A stretch of DNA of 64,000 nucleotides from NCBI GenBank assembly GCA_964588995.1, contig CAZPQM010000008.1:3141-67140 (forward strand), read 5' to 3'. The position numbers and the translations under genes are program-made. Position 1 is the stretch's first letter, and every line of letters begins with the position of its first letter. Shown one piece after another: positions 17,434 to 26,493 of the stretch. Origin of the DNA: an uncultured Rickettsiales bacterium (GTDB lineage Bacteria > Pseudomonadota > Alphaproteobacteria > Rickettsiales > UBA8987). The notes under the pieces are model-generated. The model searched no databases, was not told the DNA's origin, and worked only from the letters and a program-made list of their open reading frames with translations.

Positions 17434-19848
17434 TTAGTGCGCGACGATAGCGTCTTCCTCCCGCCGAGTTGTAGGCCCTTCGAAAATGGCGGCCAAGTCA
17501 GCAGCGGCTTCCTCCTGCGAAATAGGCACGAGCTTATCGGTCAGCGCATGTTCCAGCACTTCGGCGACGGTGCTAACCGGAACGATTTCCAGCCCTTCTT
17601 TTACATTATCCGGAATTTCCTTCAGGTCTTTGACGTTCTTCTCCGGAATCAGTACCTTTTTAATTTCACTGCGGAGTGCGGCGAGCAGCTTCTCTTTTAA
17701 GCCACCAATCGGCATCACCATACCGCGCAAGCTAATCTCGCCAGTCATCGCAACTTCCTTATCGACAGGAATGTCTGTCAGCGCAGAGACGATACTCGTG
17801 CAAATCGCCGCGCCGGCGGACGGCCCATCCTTCGGTGTTGCGCCTTCCGGCACGTGAATATGCATGTCATACTTCCAGAATTTATCTGCTTTAACCCCGA
17901 AATCATACGAGCGTGAGCGCACGTAGCTCCATGCCGCCTGCGCTGACTCCTGCATGACATCACCCAGCTTACCGGTCAGCGTTATGCGGCCCTTACCGCC
18001 GGGGATCAACACCGCCTCTATCGGCAGCAGGTCGCCCCCTACTTCTGTATAGGCAAGACCATTCGTCACACCGATATGATCGTCCTTGTCTTTCTTCGTA
18101 TGCTCAAAACGGATCACACCGGAATAATCCTTCACGTTTTTCACCGTGATTTCGACCGTTTCCTTCTCTCCTTTGAGGATTTCCTTCACCGCTTTCCTGC
18201 ACAGCTTGGCAAGCTCACGCTCCAGATTCCGTACACCGGACTCGCGCGTGTAATGGTTAATCAAATAACGGATCGCCCCATCGGTGATTGAAAACTCGCC
18301 TTCCTCTAATCCATGCTTATCAATCTGCTTTTGAATCAGATGATTTTTCGCAATTTCGACCTTCTCATCCTCGGTATAGCCTGAGAGGCGAATAATTTCC
18401 ATCCGGTCTTTAAGTGGCCCGGGCATGTTCATCGTATTCGCTGTCGTGATAAACATCACATCCGAGAGGTCATAATCGACTTCCAGATAATGATCGTTAA
18501 ATTCCTGATTCTGCTCGGGATCAAGCACTTCCAGCAAGGCAGATGCGGGGTCACCGCGGAAGTCGAGCCCCATCTTATCAATCTCATCCAGCAGGAAGAG
18601 CGGGTTTGAACTTTTCGCCTTTTTCATATGCTGAATAATCTTACCGGGCATCGAACCGATGTAGGTACGGCGGTGCCCTCGAATTTCCGATTCATCGCGC
18701 ACTCCGCCCAGCGCCATCCGCACATAATTACGCCCTGTCGCACGCGCAATCGATTTCGCGAGCGAGGTCTTCCCAACTCCCGGAGGTCCTACGAGGCATA
18801 ATATCTGCCCGGTCAATTCATTCTTACGTTGTTGCACTGCGAGATATTCTATAATTCGCTCTTTGACTTTCTCCAGCCCTGCATGGTCTTCGTCGAGCAC
18901 TTTTTCCGCTTCTTCAATATCCTGGGTAAGCTTAGTACGCTTTTTCCAAGGAATATCCAGCATCCAGTCGAGGTAATTACGGACTACCGTCGCCTCTGCG
19001 GACATCGGGCTCATATGGCGCAGCTTCTTCAGCTCCGCCTTACATTTATCACGTGCTTCTTTGGTCAGCTTGGTTTTCTCTATCCGGCTTTCATACTCAG
19101 ACAGTTCATCTTTCGCATCCTCATCACCGAGTTCTTTCTGAATCGCCTTCATTTGCTCGTTGAGGTAATATTCCTTCTGCGTTTTTTCCATCTGACCGCG
19201 CACACGGGAACGAATCTTTTTCTCAGTCGTTAAAACACTGACCTCACGCTCTATATAGGTAAACACTTTCTCCAGCCGTTCGGATACGCTTTCATATTCG
19301 AGCAATTCCTGCTTTTCCTGAATACGCAGCCCCAGATGCGAGGCAATCGTATCGGCGAGCTTGCCAGAATCCGTAATCTGCTTGACCGTATCGATCAGCT
19401 CCGACGGAATCTTTTTGTTGAGCTTCACATATTGCTCAAATGCGTTCGTTGCCGAACGGCTAAGAGCTTCAATATCCTGCGGATTGTCATAGACGCTTTC
19501 CACTTTGGTGGCATCGGCTTCGATAAACTCCTTATTGTCCACGAAATGGTTCACCTGCATCCGGTGCAGGCCTTCGACCAGCACTTTGACAGTTCCATCT
19601 GGCAGACGCAAAAGTTGCACAATCGAGGCATAGACTCCCATCTCGTAAATATCGTCCGTAGACGGGTTGTCATTGCTCGCATCTTTCTGGGTGACCAGCA
19701 GCAGCCGTGAATCTTTCTTGATAACATTTTCCAGCGCATTGATCGAACGCTCACGCCCAACAAAGAGGGGTACGATCATGCCGGGAAAGACGACAATATC
19801 ACGCAGTGGTAAAACAGGAATTAATTCATTTTTGGATGTACTGAACAT
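17434..19848 (-). CDS. lon: ATP-dependent Lon protease
   Basis: LON N-domain, Walker A GPPGVGKTS, and catalytic PKDGPSAG. 804 aa. Confidence 0.97.
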   Translation of the reverse strand: MFSTSKNELIPVLPLRDIVVFPGMIVPLFVGRERSINALENVIKKDSRLLLVTQKDASNDNPSTDDIYEMGVYASIVQLLRLPDGTVKVLVEGLHRMQVNHFVDNKEFIEADATKVESVYDNPQDIEALSRSATNAFEQYVKLNKKIPSELIDTVKQITDSGKLADTIASHLGLRIQEKQELLEYESVSERLEKVFTYIEREVSVLTTEKKIRSRVRGQMEKTQKEYYLNEQMKAIQKELGDEDAKDELSEYESRIEKTKLTKEARDKCKAELKKLRHMSPMSAEATVVRNYLDWMLDIPWKKRTKLTQDIEEAEKVLDEDHAGLEKVKERIIEYLAVQQRKNELTGQILCLVGPPGVGKTSLAKSIARATGRNYVRMALGGVRDESEIRGHRRTYIGSMPGKIIQHMKKAKSSNPLFLLDEIDKMGLDFRGDPASALLEVLDPEQNQEFNDHYLEVDYDLSDVMFITTANTMNMPGPLKDRMEIIRLSGYTEDEKVEIAKNHLIQKQIDKHGLEEGEFSITDGAIRYLINHYTRESGVRNLERELAKLCRKAVKEILKGEKETVEITVKNVKDYSGVIRFEHTKKDKDDHIGVTNGLAYTEVGGDLLPIEAVLIPGGKGRITLTGKLGDVMQESAQAAWSYVRSRSYDFGVKADKFWKYDMHIHVPEGATPKDGPSAGAAICTSIVSALTDIPVDKEVAMTGEISLRGMVMPIGGLKEKLLAALRSEIKKVLIPEKNVKDLKEIPDNVKEGLEIVPVSTVAEVLEHALTDKLVPISQEEAAADLAAIFEGPTTRREEDAIVAH

Positions 19849-19874
19849 AAAAAGCTACCTCACTATCCCTCCTA

Positions 19875-19903
19875 ATATAAGGCACTAGCGGATGGATATC
19901 AAG
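19875..19903 (-). promoter_or_regulatory. RpoH (sigma-32)-type promoter candidate for lon
   Basis: The minus strand reads CTTG-N18-CTTATAT, matching the alphaproteobacterial RpoH consensus CTTG-N17/18-CYTATNT. The -10 lies about 27 nt upstream of the lon ATG. Confidence 0.45.
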
Positions 19904-19933
19904 GCGGGGAGATACTACTGCGCTTGCTAACGC

Positions 19934-20737
19934 TTACAGCTCTTTGCGCACCTGACTGTAAGCGAGGAGGGTGAACAGCGCCGTACCACCCAGAACATTC
20001 CCGGCGAGGGTCGGTAATATGGTGTCAGCCACCGCATCGAGCAAGGATATATCGCCGAGGAGCATGACAATAAACACTTCTCCCGACCCGGCGATCACAT
20101 GCGTTGAGCCTGTCAAAGCGATAAAGTAGGTGATGCTAGTGATCAGGAAGAAGGCACTTTCCCGTGCGCTTGGTAGCATCCAGACCAACGCTGCAACCAG
20201 AAAACCAGCCGGCACACCTTGTGTAAAGAACTGGAGGCCGTTCCGGTCCACATAATCATACGAGACATCAATAATGCCTTCCATCACATTATCAGGGAAA
20301 ATTTGCAGGTGAATCGTCGCAAAAGCCGCAATAAAAACCCCTATCATATTTGCGACGAAGACAATCGACCAAAGACGCATCAGTGAATTAAACGTTTTAC
20401 TATTCTTCTGATGCAAAAGTGGAATCACCGCCGTAATCGTATTTTCCGTGAACAGCTGAAGCCGCCCGAGGACTACGACCAGAAAGCCAAGCGTATAGCC
20501 AATGCAGACAATAGCTTTCTGTTCGATGCCTACCTGCGCTGCAAGCGCCCCGCTCCCGATGACCGAGAGGAAAATCGCAATCCCTGCAGCCATACCCGAC
20601 CACCACAGCGATTGTGCCGGCCGCGACAGTTCGTCCTCACCTTCAAATTTAATTGCGGTATAAACGACCGGTACGCTATGGCGGGTAATTTCTTCCGCCG
20701 CTTCCGTAACCAGCTTATCGATTTTTTTCTGTTCCAT
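19934..20737 (-). CDS. Formate/nitrite transporter family protein (YfdC-like)
   Basis: Six TM segments. LWWSGMAAGIAI and GRLQLFTENT motifs are typical of the FNT/YfdC subfamily. Confidence 0.75.
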   Translation of the reverse strand: MEQKKIDKLVTEAAEEITRHSVPVVYTAIKFEGEDELSRPAQSLWWSGMAAGIAIFLSVIGSGALAAQVGIEQKAIVCIGYTLGFLVVVLGRLQLFTENTITAVIPLLHQKNSKTFNSLMRLWSIVFVANMIGVFIAAFATIHLQIFPDNVMEGIIDVSYDYVDRNGLQFFTQGVPAGFLVAALVWMLPSARESAFFLITSITYFIALTGSTHVIAGSGEVFIVMLLGDISLLDAVADTILPTLAGNVLGGTALFTLLAYSQVRKEL

Positions 20738-20801
20738 GCAGCGTTTATAGAGAAGAAACGCTCGTGCGGGTAGTGTTATCTAACACATTGACCAGGCTGG
20801 A

Positions 20802-22100
20802 TTACGATTTTTTGCTACCTGTCTTTTTGCCGTTGCTTTTTTTCTCTTTCGCATAGGACATCATCGGCTTATGGCCTTCCGTGACCATCTTATCGGTAAT
20901 AGTTACGCTCTCAAGCCCTTCTTCCTGCGGGATGTCGTACATAAGATCCATCAGGATAGACTCCAGAATCGCACGCAAGCCCCGCGCACCGGTTTTACGC
21001 TCAATGGCTTTTTGGGCAATGGCACGGAGCGCATTATCGCTGAATTTCAGCTCTACCCCTTCCATTTCGAACAGTTTTTGGTACTGCTTGACGAGCGCAT
21101 TCTTCGGTTCGGTCAGAATCTGCACCAGCGCGTCTTCATCCAGATCTTCGAGCGTTGCAACGACCGGTACCCGACCAACAAATTCAGGAATCAGACCGTA
21201 CTTCACCAGATCATCCGGTTCGAGTTTTTTCAGCGTCTGTCCGACTTTCAGATCGTCTTTGCTTTTCACGTCCGAGCCAAAACCCATGGCTGAGCCGCGC
21301 TCGCGCCGGGCAATGACCTGCTCCAGACCGGAAAACGCACCACCGCAGATAAAGAGGATACCTGCCGTATCGACCTGCAAAAATTCCTGCTGCGGATGTT
21401 TGCGCCCACCTTGCGGCGGAACGGAAGCGACCGTGCCTTCCATAATTTTTAGCAAGGCCTGCTGCACACCTTCACCAGACACATCGCGCGTAATTGAAGG
21501 GTTCTCCGCTTTGCGGGAAATCTTATCGACCTCGTCGATATAGACGATACCGCGCTGTGCGCGTTCCACGTTATAATCCGCAGCCTGTAATAAACGCAGG
21601 ATGATATTTTCCACGTCCTCACCCACATAGCCCGCCTCGGTCAGGGTAGTCGCATCGGCCATGGTAAACGGCACATCGATAATACGTGCGAGGGTTTGTG
21701 CCAACAGCGTCTTACCGCACCCTGTCGGGCCGATCAGCATGATGTTAGATTTCGCAATCTCCGGGTCGTTGCTTTTCTCCATATGCTCGACACGTTTATA
21801 ATGGTTATGTACCGCCACTGCGAGCACGCGTTTGGCACGCTCCTGCCCAATTACATAATCATTCAGCACATCATAAATTGTCTGCGGTTTAGGTACACCG
21901 GCTTCTCCATCAATGGAGAGTGCCGACTTGCTGTCTTCACGGATAATGTCAAGACACAGCTCCACACATTCATTGCAGATAAAGACCGTAGGTCCGGCGA
22001 TCAGCTTTCGCACTTCGTGCTGGCTCTTACCGCAGAAAGAGCAATAAAGCGTATTATCTGAAGAGTCGTCCGTGTTGCTGTTATCTTTATCGTCTGCCAT
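20802..22100 (-). CDS. clpX: ATP-dependent Clp protease ATP-binding subunit ClpX
   Basis: Zinc-binding CSFCGK...CNEC, Walker [18 protein letters not shown], and the IPEFVGR motif. Unusual Lys-rich C-terminal tail. Confidence 0.97.
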   Translation of the reverse strand: MADDKDNSNTDDSSDNTLYCSFCGKSQHEVRKLIAGPTVFICNECVELCLDIIREDSKSALSIDGEAGVPKPQTIYDVLNDYVIGQERAKRVLAVAVHNHYKRVEHMEKSNDPEIAKSNIMLIGPTGCGKTLLAQTLARIIDVPFTMADATTLTEAGYVGEDVENIILRLLQAADYNVERAQRGIVYIDEVDKISRKAENPSITRDVSGEGVQQALLKIMEGTVASVPPQGGRKHPQQEFLQVDTAGILFICGGAFSGLEQVIARRERGSAMGFGSDVKSKDDLKVGQTLKKLEPDDLVKYGLIPEFVGRVPVVATLEDLDEDALVQILTEPKNALVKQYQKLFEMEGVELKFSDNALRAIAQKAIERKTGARGLRAILESILMDLMYDIPQEEGLESVTITDKMVTEGHKPMMSYAKEKKSNGKKTGSKKS

Positions 22101-22216
22101 ATCGTACCTCTTTCTATCGTCATTGCCCGCATTATAAAATATTTACCGGGCCATCCATTCCATATACCTAGATTACCCCATAATGTGCTTTCAAACATTC
22201 GGGTAATGACGCATTT

Positions 22217-22864
22217 TTATTTATTATCCTCATCCTCATTTTCCGGGCGGCGCTCGACCACTTCATCCACGAGGCCGAATTTTTTTGCTTCTTCCGCGCT
22301 CATGAAATTGTCACGTTCCATACTGCGCTCGATAGTGGCCAGCTTCTGCCCCGTATGATCGACATAAATCTGGTTCAGGCGTTTTTTCAGTTTGATAATC
22401 TCATTCGTATGGATTTCAATGTCGGTTGCCTGCCCCTGATAGCCACCGGAAGGCTGGTGAATCATGATACGCGAATTCGGCAGGGCAAAGCGTTTACCCT
22501 TCGCACCGGCGGTCAATAAAAGTGATCCCATCGAACAAGCCTGCCCCATGCAGAGCGTATTCACATCCGGCTTGATGTACTGCATCGTATCATATATCGC
22601 GAGCCCGGACGTCACGACGCCACCCGGCGAATTGATATAAAAGAAAATATCCTTATCCGGGTTTTCCGATTCCAAAAAGAGGAGCTGTGCGCAAATCAGT
22701 GAAGCGGAATGATCCTCGACGCCGCCATTTAAGAAAATAATCCGCTCGCGCAAGAGCCGTGAGAAAATATCAAATGACCGCTCCCCTCGTGCTGATTGTT
22801 CAATCACCACCGGGACCAGATTACTCATATGTTCTTCAAATTTACCCATGACCGGATGCACCAT
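22217..22864 (-). CDS. clpP: ATP-dependent Clp protease proteolytic subunit ClpP
   Basis: [23 protein letters not shown], catalytic Ser context GQACSMGS, and His context IMIHQP. The ATG at 22864 has an AAGGGG SD; alternative start at 22828. Confidence 0.95.
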   Translation of the reverse strand: MVHPVMGKFEEHMSNLVPVVIEQSARGERSFDIFSRLLRERIIFLNGGVEDHSASLICAQLLFLESENPDKDIFFYINSPGGVVTSGLAIYDTMQYIKPDVNTLCMGQACSMGSLLLTAGAKGKRFALPNSRIMIHQPSGGYQGQATDIEIHTNEIIKLKKRLNQIYVDHTGQKLATIERSMERDNFMSAEEAKKFGLVDEVVERRPENEDEDNK

Positions 22865-23037
22865 ATTGTTACCCCTTTACCATATTATTCGCACTCATGC
22901 GTCCAATGTTTCATCTATATACGATTAGTTCAAGCATAGTAGAGCGATTTTCGCAAGTCACTCTAAAAAACCATGATAGTCATCCCGCGGCCTGACGGCG
23001 GGAGCCATAGTTCCGTCTGATGCTTTTCGAGAAACAG

Positions 23038-23060
23038 ATCCCGCGGTCAAGCCGCGGGAT
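23038..23060 (-). terminator. GC-rich hairpin just downstream of tig (terminator candidate)
   Basis: atcccgcgg-tcaag-ccgcgggat forms a perfect 9-bp stem 16 nt after the tig stop. The downstream tract is only moderately U-rich. A related atcccgcgg motif recurs at 22982-22990. Confidence 0.4.
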
Positions 23061-23075
23061 AACATAGAAATCGGG

Positions 23076-24530
23076 CTACTTCTTTGTTGTGCTTTTTTTG
23101 CTACTGGAAGCATCCTTTTTTGTCGTCGAGGACTTGCCGGCAGGTTTCTTTGAATCAGCGGATTTTTTCTCACCTGCCTTCTTAGCGGACGGTTTCTTTT
23201 TAGGCGCTTCTTCCGCCTCATCCAGCTTTTGCAATTCCGCCACGGTCATCGGCTTTTCTTTCACTGTCACTTCCTCAAACAGCTTGTTTACGACTTTCTC
23301 TTCCAGAATCGGGCCTTTGAAGCTTTCCAGCTGTTGTGGGTTTTTCTGCAGGAATTCCATCACCTGCTGCTCCTGACCGGGATAGCGCTGGACCTCCTGA
23401 TTGACCGCGGCTTGCAGTTCCTGCGGCGTTACCTGCAGCTTATACTTGCCACCTAACTCCGCCAGCAAAATACCAAGGCGCACACGGCGCTTCGCCATTT
23501 CTTCATATTCCGCCTTCAATTCTTTTTCAGGCTTTTTAAATTCATCCGCATCCGGGTTCTGTGCTTTTGCCTGTTGTAGTTGCTGCCAGATAGCATCAAA
23601 CTCGTTTTTTTCCATTCCTTCCGGAATCGGGAAATCACAGAGCGCATCCAGCTCGTCAAACAGCTCTTTTTTTGCGTGCAGATGCGCCGCCTTATCAGCT
23701 TCCTGCTGCATTTGCTGCTTCATCACTTCTTTAAGACTGTCCAGCGACTCAAGCCCCATCCGTTTCGCAAGCTCGTCATCAATCCTGCCTTCCTGTTCTG
23801 CCAGAATCTCATGCACTTTCACTTCAAAGCGCGCCTCTTTACCGGCAAGATGGTCGGCATGGTAGTCTTCGGGGAAAGAAACCTTGACCTCTTTCTCTTC
23901 GCCTGCCTTAGCGCCGGTGAGTTGATCTTCAAAGCCGGGGATAAAGCTATTGCTGCCAAGTACGAGCTGATGCCCCTCCGCTTGACCGCCCTCAAATGCC
24001 TCATCACCGATAAAGCCTTTGAAGTCTATTTTGACCGCATCGCCCTTTTTCGCTGCGCGCTTGCCTTCAATCGGCTCATATTGCTTGGCTTGTTGCGCAA
24101 GATTTTCAAGCGACTCCTGAATATCCTCGTCTTTGACTTCTATTTTGGGACGCTCAACGGTAATCTTGCTGAAATCAATTTCAGGAATGTCCGGTAATAG
24201 CTCCACATCCATGCTGTAAACAAGGTCTTTGCCTTCATCAAACTCCTTGATTTCTACTTTCGGCTGCGTTGCCGGCTTGAGCTTTTCTTTCTCAATCGCT
24301 TCGCGCATCGTCTGATCCACGACTTTTTCCAGCACTTCGCCCATCACGTTCTTACCATGCTGCTTTTTTACGATCTCTACCGGCACTTTACCCGGTCGGA
24401 ACCCCGGCATTTTGATGGTTTTAGAAAGCTGATTCAGCCGCTGATTCAGCTGTTGCTCTATGTCATTAGCAGGAACTGTTACGTCGTAGGAACGGAAAAG
24501 CGTTTCGGATTTAGTTTGTTTGAGTTGCAT
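23076..24530 (-). CDS. tig: Trigger factor with a Lys/Ser-rich C-terminal extension
   Basis: N-terminal ribosome-binding motif GFRPGKVP, a central FKBP-like domain, and a C-terminal arm. About 45 extra residues follow: EAPKKKPSAKKAGEKKSADSKKPAGKSSTTKKDASSSKKSTTKK. Confidence 0.95.
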   Translation of the reverse strand: MQLKQTKSETLFRSYDVTVPANDIEQQLNQRLNQLSKTIKMPGFRPGKVPVEIVKKQHGKNVMGEVLEKVVDQTMREAIEKEKLKPATQPKVEIKEFDEGKDLVYSMDVELLPDIPEIDFSKITVERPKIEVKDEDIQESLENLAQQAKQYEPIEGKRAAKKGDAVKIDFKGFIGDEAFEGGQAEGHQLVLGSNSFIPGFEDQLTGAKAGEEKEVKVSFPEDYHADHLAGKEARFEVKVHEILAEQEGRIDDELAKRMGLESLDSLKEVMKQQMQQEADKAAHLHAKKELFDELDALCDFPIPEGMEKNEFDAIWQQLQQAKAQNPDADEFKKPEKELKAEYEEMAKRRVRLGILLAELGGKYKLQVTPQELQAAVNQEVQRYPGQEQQVMEFLQKNPQQLESFKGPILEEKVVNKLFEEVTVKEKPMTVAELQKLDEAEEAPKKKPSAKKAGEKKSADSKKPAGKSSTTKKDASSSKKSTTKK

Positions 24531-24621
24531 GAAGTTTGCCTCACAATGTCATTCAATATGGCTAAAGTTTGCGCCTTATAAAGGCATTTAGCATGAGATG
24601 CAAGGAAAGAGCGTCAAATTA

Positions 24622-24706
24622 TGGTGCGCATGGAGGGACTTGAACCCCCACGCCTCGCGGCACTAGAACCTAAATCTAGCGTGTCTACCAATTCCACCAC
24701 ATGCGC
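24622..24706 (-). tRNA. tRNA-Leu (anticodon UAG), long variable arm, CCA encoded
   Basis: The reverse complement folds as acceptor gcgcatg/catgcgc, anticodon arm ctaga-ttTAGgt-tctag, a 13-nt variable arm, and T arm ggggg-ttcaagt-ccctc. Confidence 0.9.
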
Positions 24707-24801
24707 AAATCTAACGGTAACAAGAGGTTGATATAACGATTTACGGCCAAAGCACAACCGTTTTTCGTGCATTTAGAACGAAAATACGATAGAATAACTC
24801 C

Positions 24802-25557
24802 ATGAGGGGTGGTCTAAACTACAACTATTCCGGGCTTTGTGCCCTTATTGCTGCATGTGCATTTGCGTATTCCATTGAACCTGCAACCGCACAGGTCTGG
24901 ACGGATGATCGTGAAGCGCTCGAAGATGTGGCCAATACCGTATGTGATGCCTACGCTATGGCCGCTGGCGAAAAAGCAGCAACCGCCATTGCAACCGTGG
25001 CAGTTTTTGGATTGGGCGTAGCTGCCATTGCCGGGTTAGTGACAAAAGCACAGGCTGTTATGGTCGCGGCCGCTATTGCCGGAGTTTTTGGAAGTTTTTC
25101 CATTGCACAGGTCATTACGGGGCGCGACCGTAGCTGTGATGAACTTCTGGCATCTTACACTCCACCAGCTTCCCCGCCCGTGACCAATTCACAGACGAAT
25201 CCGATGAATCAATATCCGGGTGGAGGCACTCCTCCACCGTCGCCCTGTAATGAGATTGACCTCGGCAGCTTAACACTAAGCGGTAGTGAAGCGACAATTA
25301 ATTTTACTGTACCAAACGAAGATAATTACAGGCTTGAAGTTACATATTCGATTTCTTCACTCAGTACAGGTGTAGATTTTACGCTGGATTATGCTGGCAA
25401 TACAACAAATAGCCTTTTTTCAGGTTCAGGTTCGCGTACTATAACTTTCCCGGACGATCTTTTATCGGCAGGCAGCTCTTCTTTAGTATTAGAAAAATTT
25501 ATTTTAGCTAATCCTGTACATTTTGATTCGATGGTATTAAGGGGTAGTTCGTGTTAA
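24802..25557 (+). CDS. VirB2/TrbC-like pilin domain fused to a Pro-rich linker and a C-terminal beta-rich domain (tentative)
   Basis: Signal peptide ending ATA-Q. Then EDVANTVCDAY..G.KAATAIATVAVFGLGVAAIAGLV..AVMVAAAIAGVFGSFSIAQVITG gives two TM helices in the T4SS pilin pattern. A PPASPP...GGGTPPPSP linker follows, then a Ser/Thr-rich domain of about 100 aa. Confidence 0.4.
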   Translation: MRGGLNYNYSGLCALIAACAFAYSIEPATAQVWTDDREALEDVANTVCDAYAMAAGEKAATAIATVAVFGLGVAAIAGLVTKAQAVMVAAAIAGVFGSFSIAQVITGRDRSCDELLASYTPPASPPVTNSQTNPMNQYPGGGTPPPSPCNEIDLGSLTLSGSEATINFTVPNEDNYRLEVTYSISSLSTGVDFTLDYAGNTTNSLFSGSGSRTITFPDDLLSAGSSSLVLEKFILANPVHFDSMVLRGSSC

Positions 25558-25635
25558 AGGAAGGCTTGCATTTTCATTTCTGGAACTATAAAAAACACAT
25601 CTATTAATATTTTGTGATAAGTCACTGGTAAATCG

Positions 25636-25935
25636 ATGAAAACGAAAAAAGCCCTAAACGCACTTTCTGCCCTCGCACAAGAATCGAGGCTAGCCGTTTT
25701 TTTACTGTTACTTGATACTGAAGATGGCTTACCGGCAGGTGATATTGCTCGTGATTTGGATATACCGCTCACGACCATGTCCTTTCACTTATCACAGTTA
25801 AAGAATGCCGGCCTTATTAAAGCAAAAAAAGAAGGACGCTTTATTATTTACTCCGCCAATAAGAAACGTGCTAAAAAACTCGCGGCATACATTACCGGTA
25901 AGGATAAGCAGGTAGATCAGAAATACCAACTGTAA
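25636..25935 (+). CDS. ArsR/SmtB-family transcriptional regulator
   Basis: ALAQESRLAVFLLL...LPAGDIARDLDIPLTTMSFHLSQLKNAGLI...EGRFIIYS is the canonical ArsR winged-helix pattern. Confidence 0.85.
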   Translation: MKTKKALNALSALAQESRLAVFLLLLDTEDGLPAGDIARDLDIPLTTMSFHLSQLKNAGLIKAKKEGRFIIYSANKKRAKKLAAYITGKDKQVDQKYQL

Positions 25936-25947
25936 ACCAATAGCATG

Positions 25948-26400
25948 TTAAACCCGGCCATACAGCTCATCGGCACGTTGTTCAAACGCCATCACCATCT
26001 TGTCTACTGCTCTGCCATACATTGAGCCGATCAGTTTTTCCAGCATGGCGGAATGAAATTTAAAATCGAGCTGGAACAAAATCCGCGTTCCCTGCTTTTC
26101 CGGTATAAAACGCCAGTAATTTGTCAGATAATCGAAGGGCCCTTCCACCAGCTCTACTTCAATACGCGCCTCCTCTCCCGCAGCTTTTTGCGGGTAAAGC
26201 ATGACCTTCGATGTATATTTAGATCGAAAGGCCTTAAAGCGTATGACCAACTCGGCCGTAAAATAATCCTCCTCACGCGCAAGGATCCTAGAGGCGACAC
26301 ACCACGGCAAAAATTCTTTATAGCGGGGCACATCTGCCACGAGCGAATACAACTCATCGATAGAGTGATGTGATAATAATGTTTGTTCGTGATGCGGCAT
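25948..26400 (-). CDS. ratA: SRPBCC-fold RatA / COQ10-like protein
   Basis: LYSLVADVPRYKEFLPWCVASRIL...FKAFRSKYTSKV...GPFDYLTNYWRF. The ORF extends to 26514, but the ATG at 26400 avoids overlap with the ppk start. Confidence 0.8.
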   Translation of the reverse strand: MPHHEQTLLSHHSIDELYSLVADVPRYKEFLPWCVASRILAREEDYFTAELVIRFKAFRSKYTSKVMLYPQKAAGEEARIEVELVEGPFDYLTNYWRFIPEKQGTRILFQLDFKFHSAMLEKLIGSMYGRAVDKMVMAFEQRADELYGRV

Positions 26401-26493
26401 ATACACTGCATATATAGTTACTCTACACAGTTTTTCCAGAAAGGATTCGCATTTCGCCTTTCTCATGCTACCATATCTCTCTGGTAGTAACGC

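Noticed and set aside
22865-23037. Heat-shock (CTTG-N17/18-CYTATNT) or strong sigma-70 promoter upstream of clpP, and a possible sRNA in the roughly 210-nt tig-clpP spacer
   Set aside because: Two CTTG motifs are present on the minus strand, but neither has a CYTATNT element at the right spacing. I found no convincing structure apart from the tig-proximal hairpin, so the evidence is insufficient.
24622-25947. Interpreting the VirB2-like/ArsR islet as a classical tRNA-integrated genomic island
   Set aside because: The 3' end of tRNA-Leu points toward tig, away from the islet. I found no integrase, no direct repeat of the tRNA 3' end and no other mobility gene. Only the compositional shift, judged by eye, remains.
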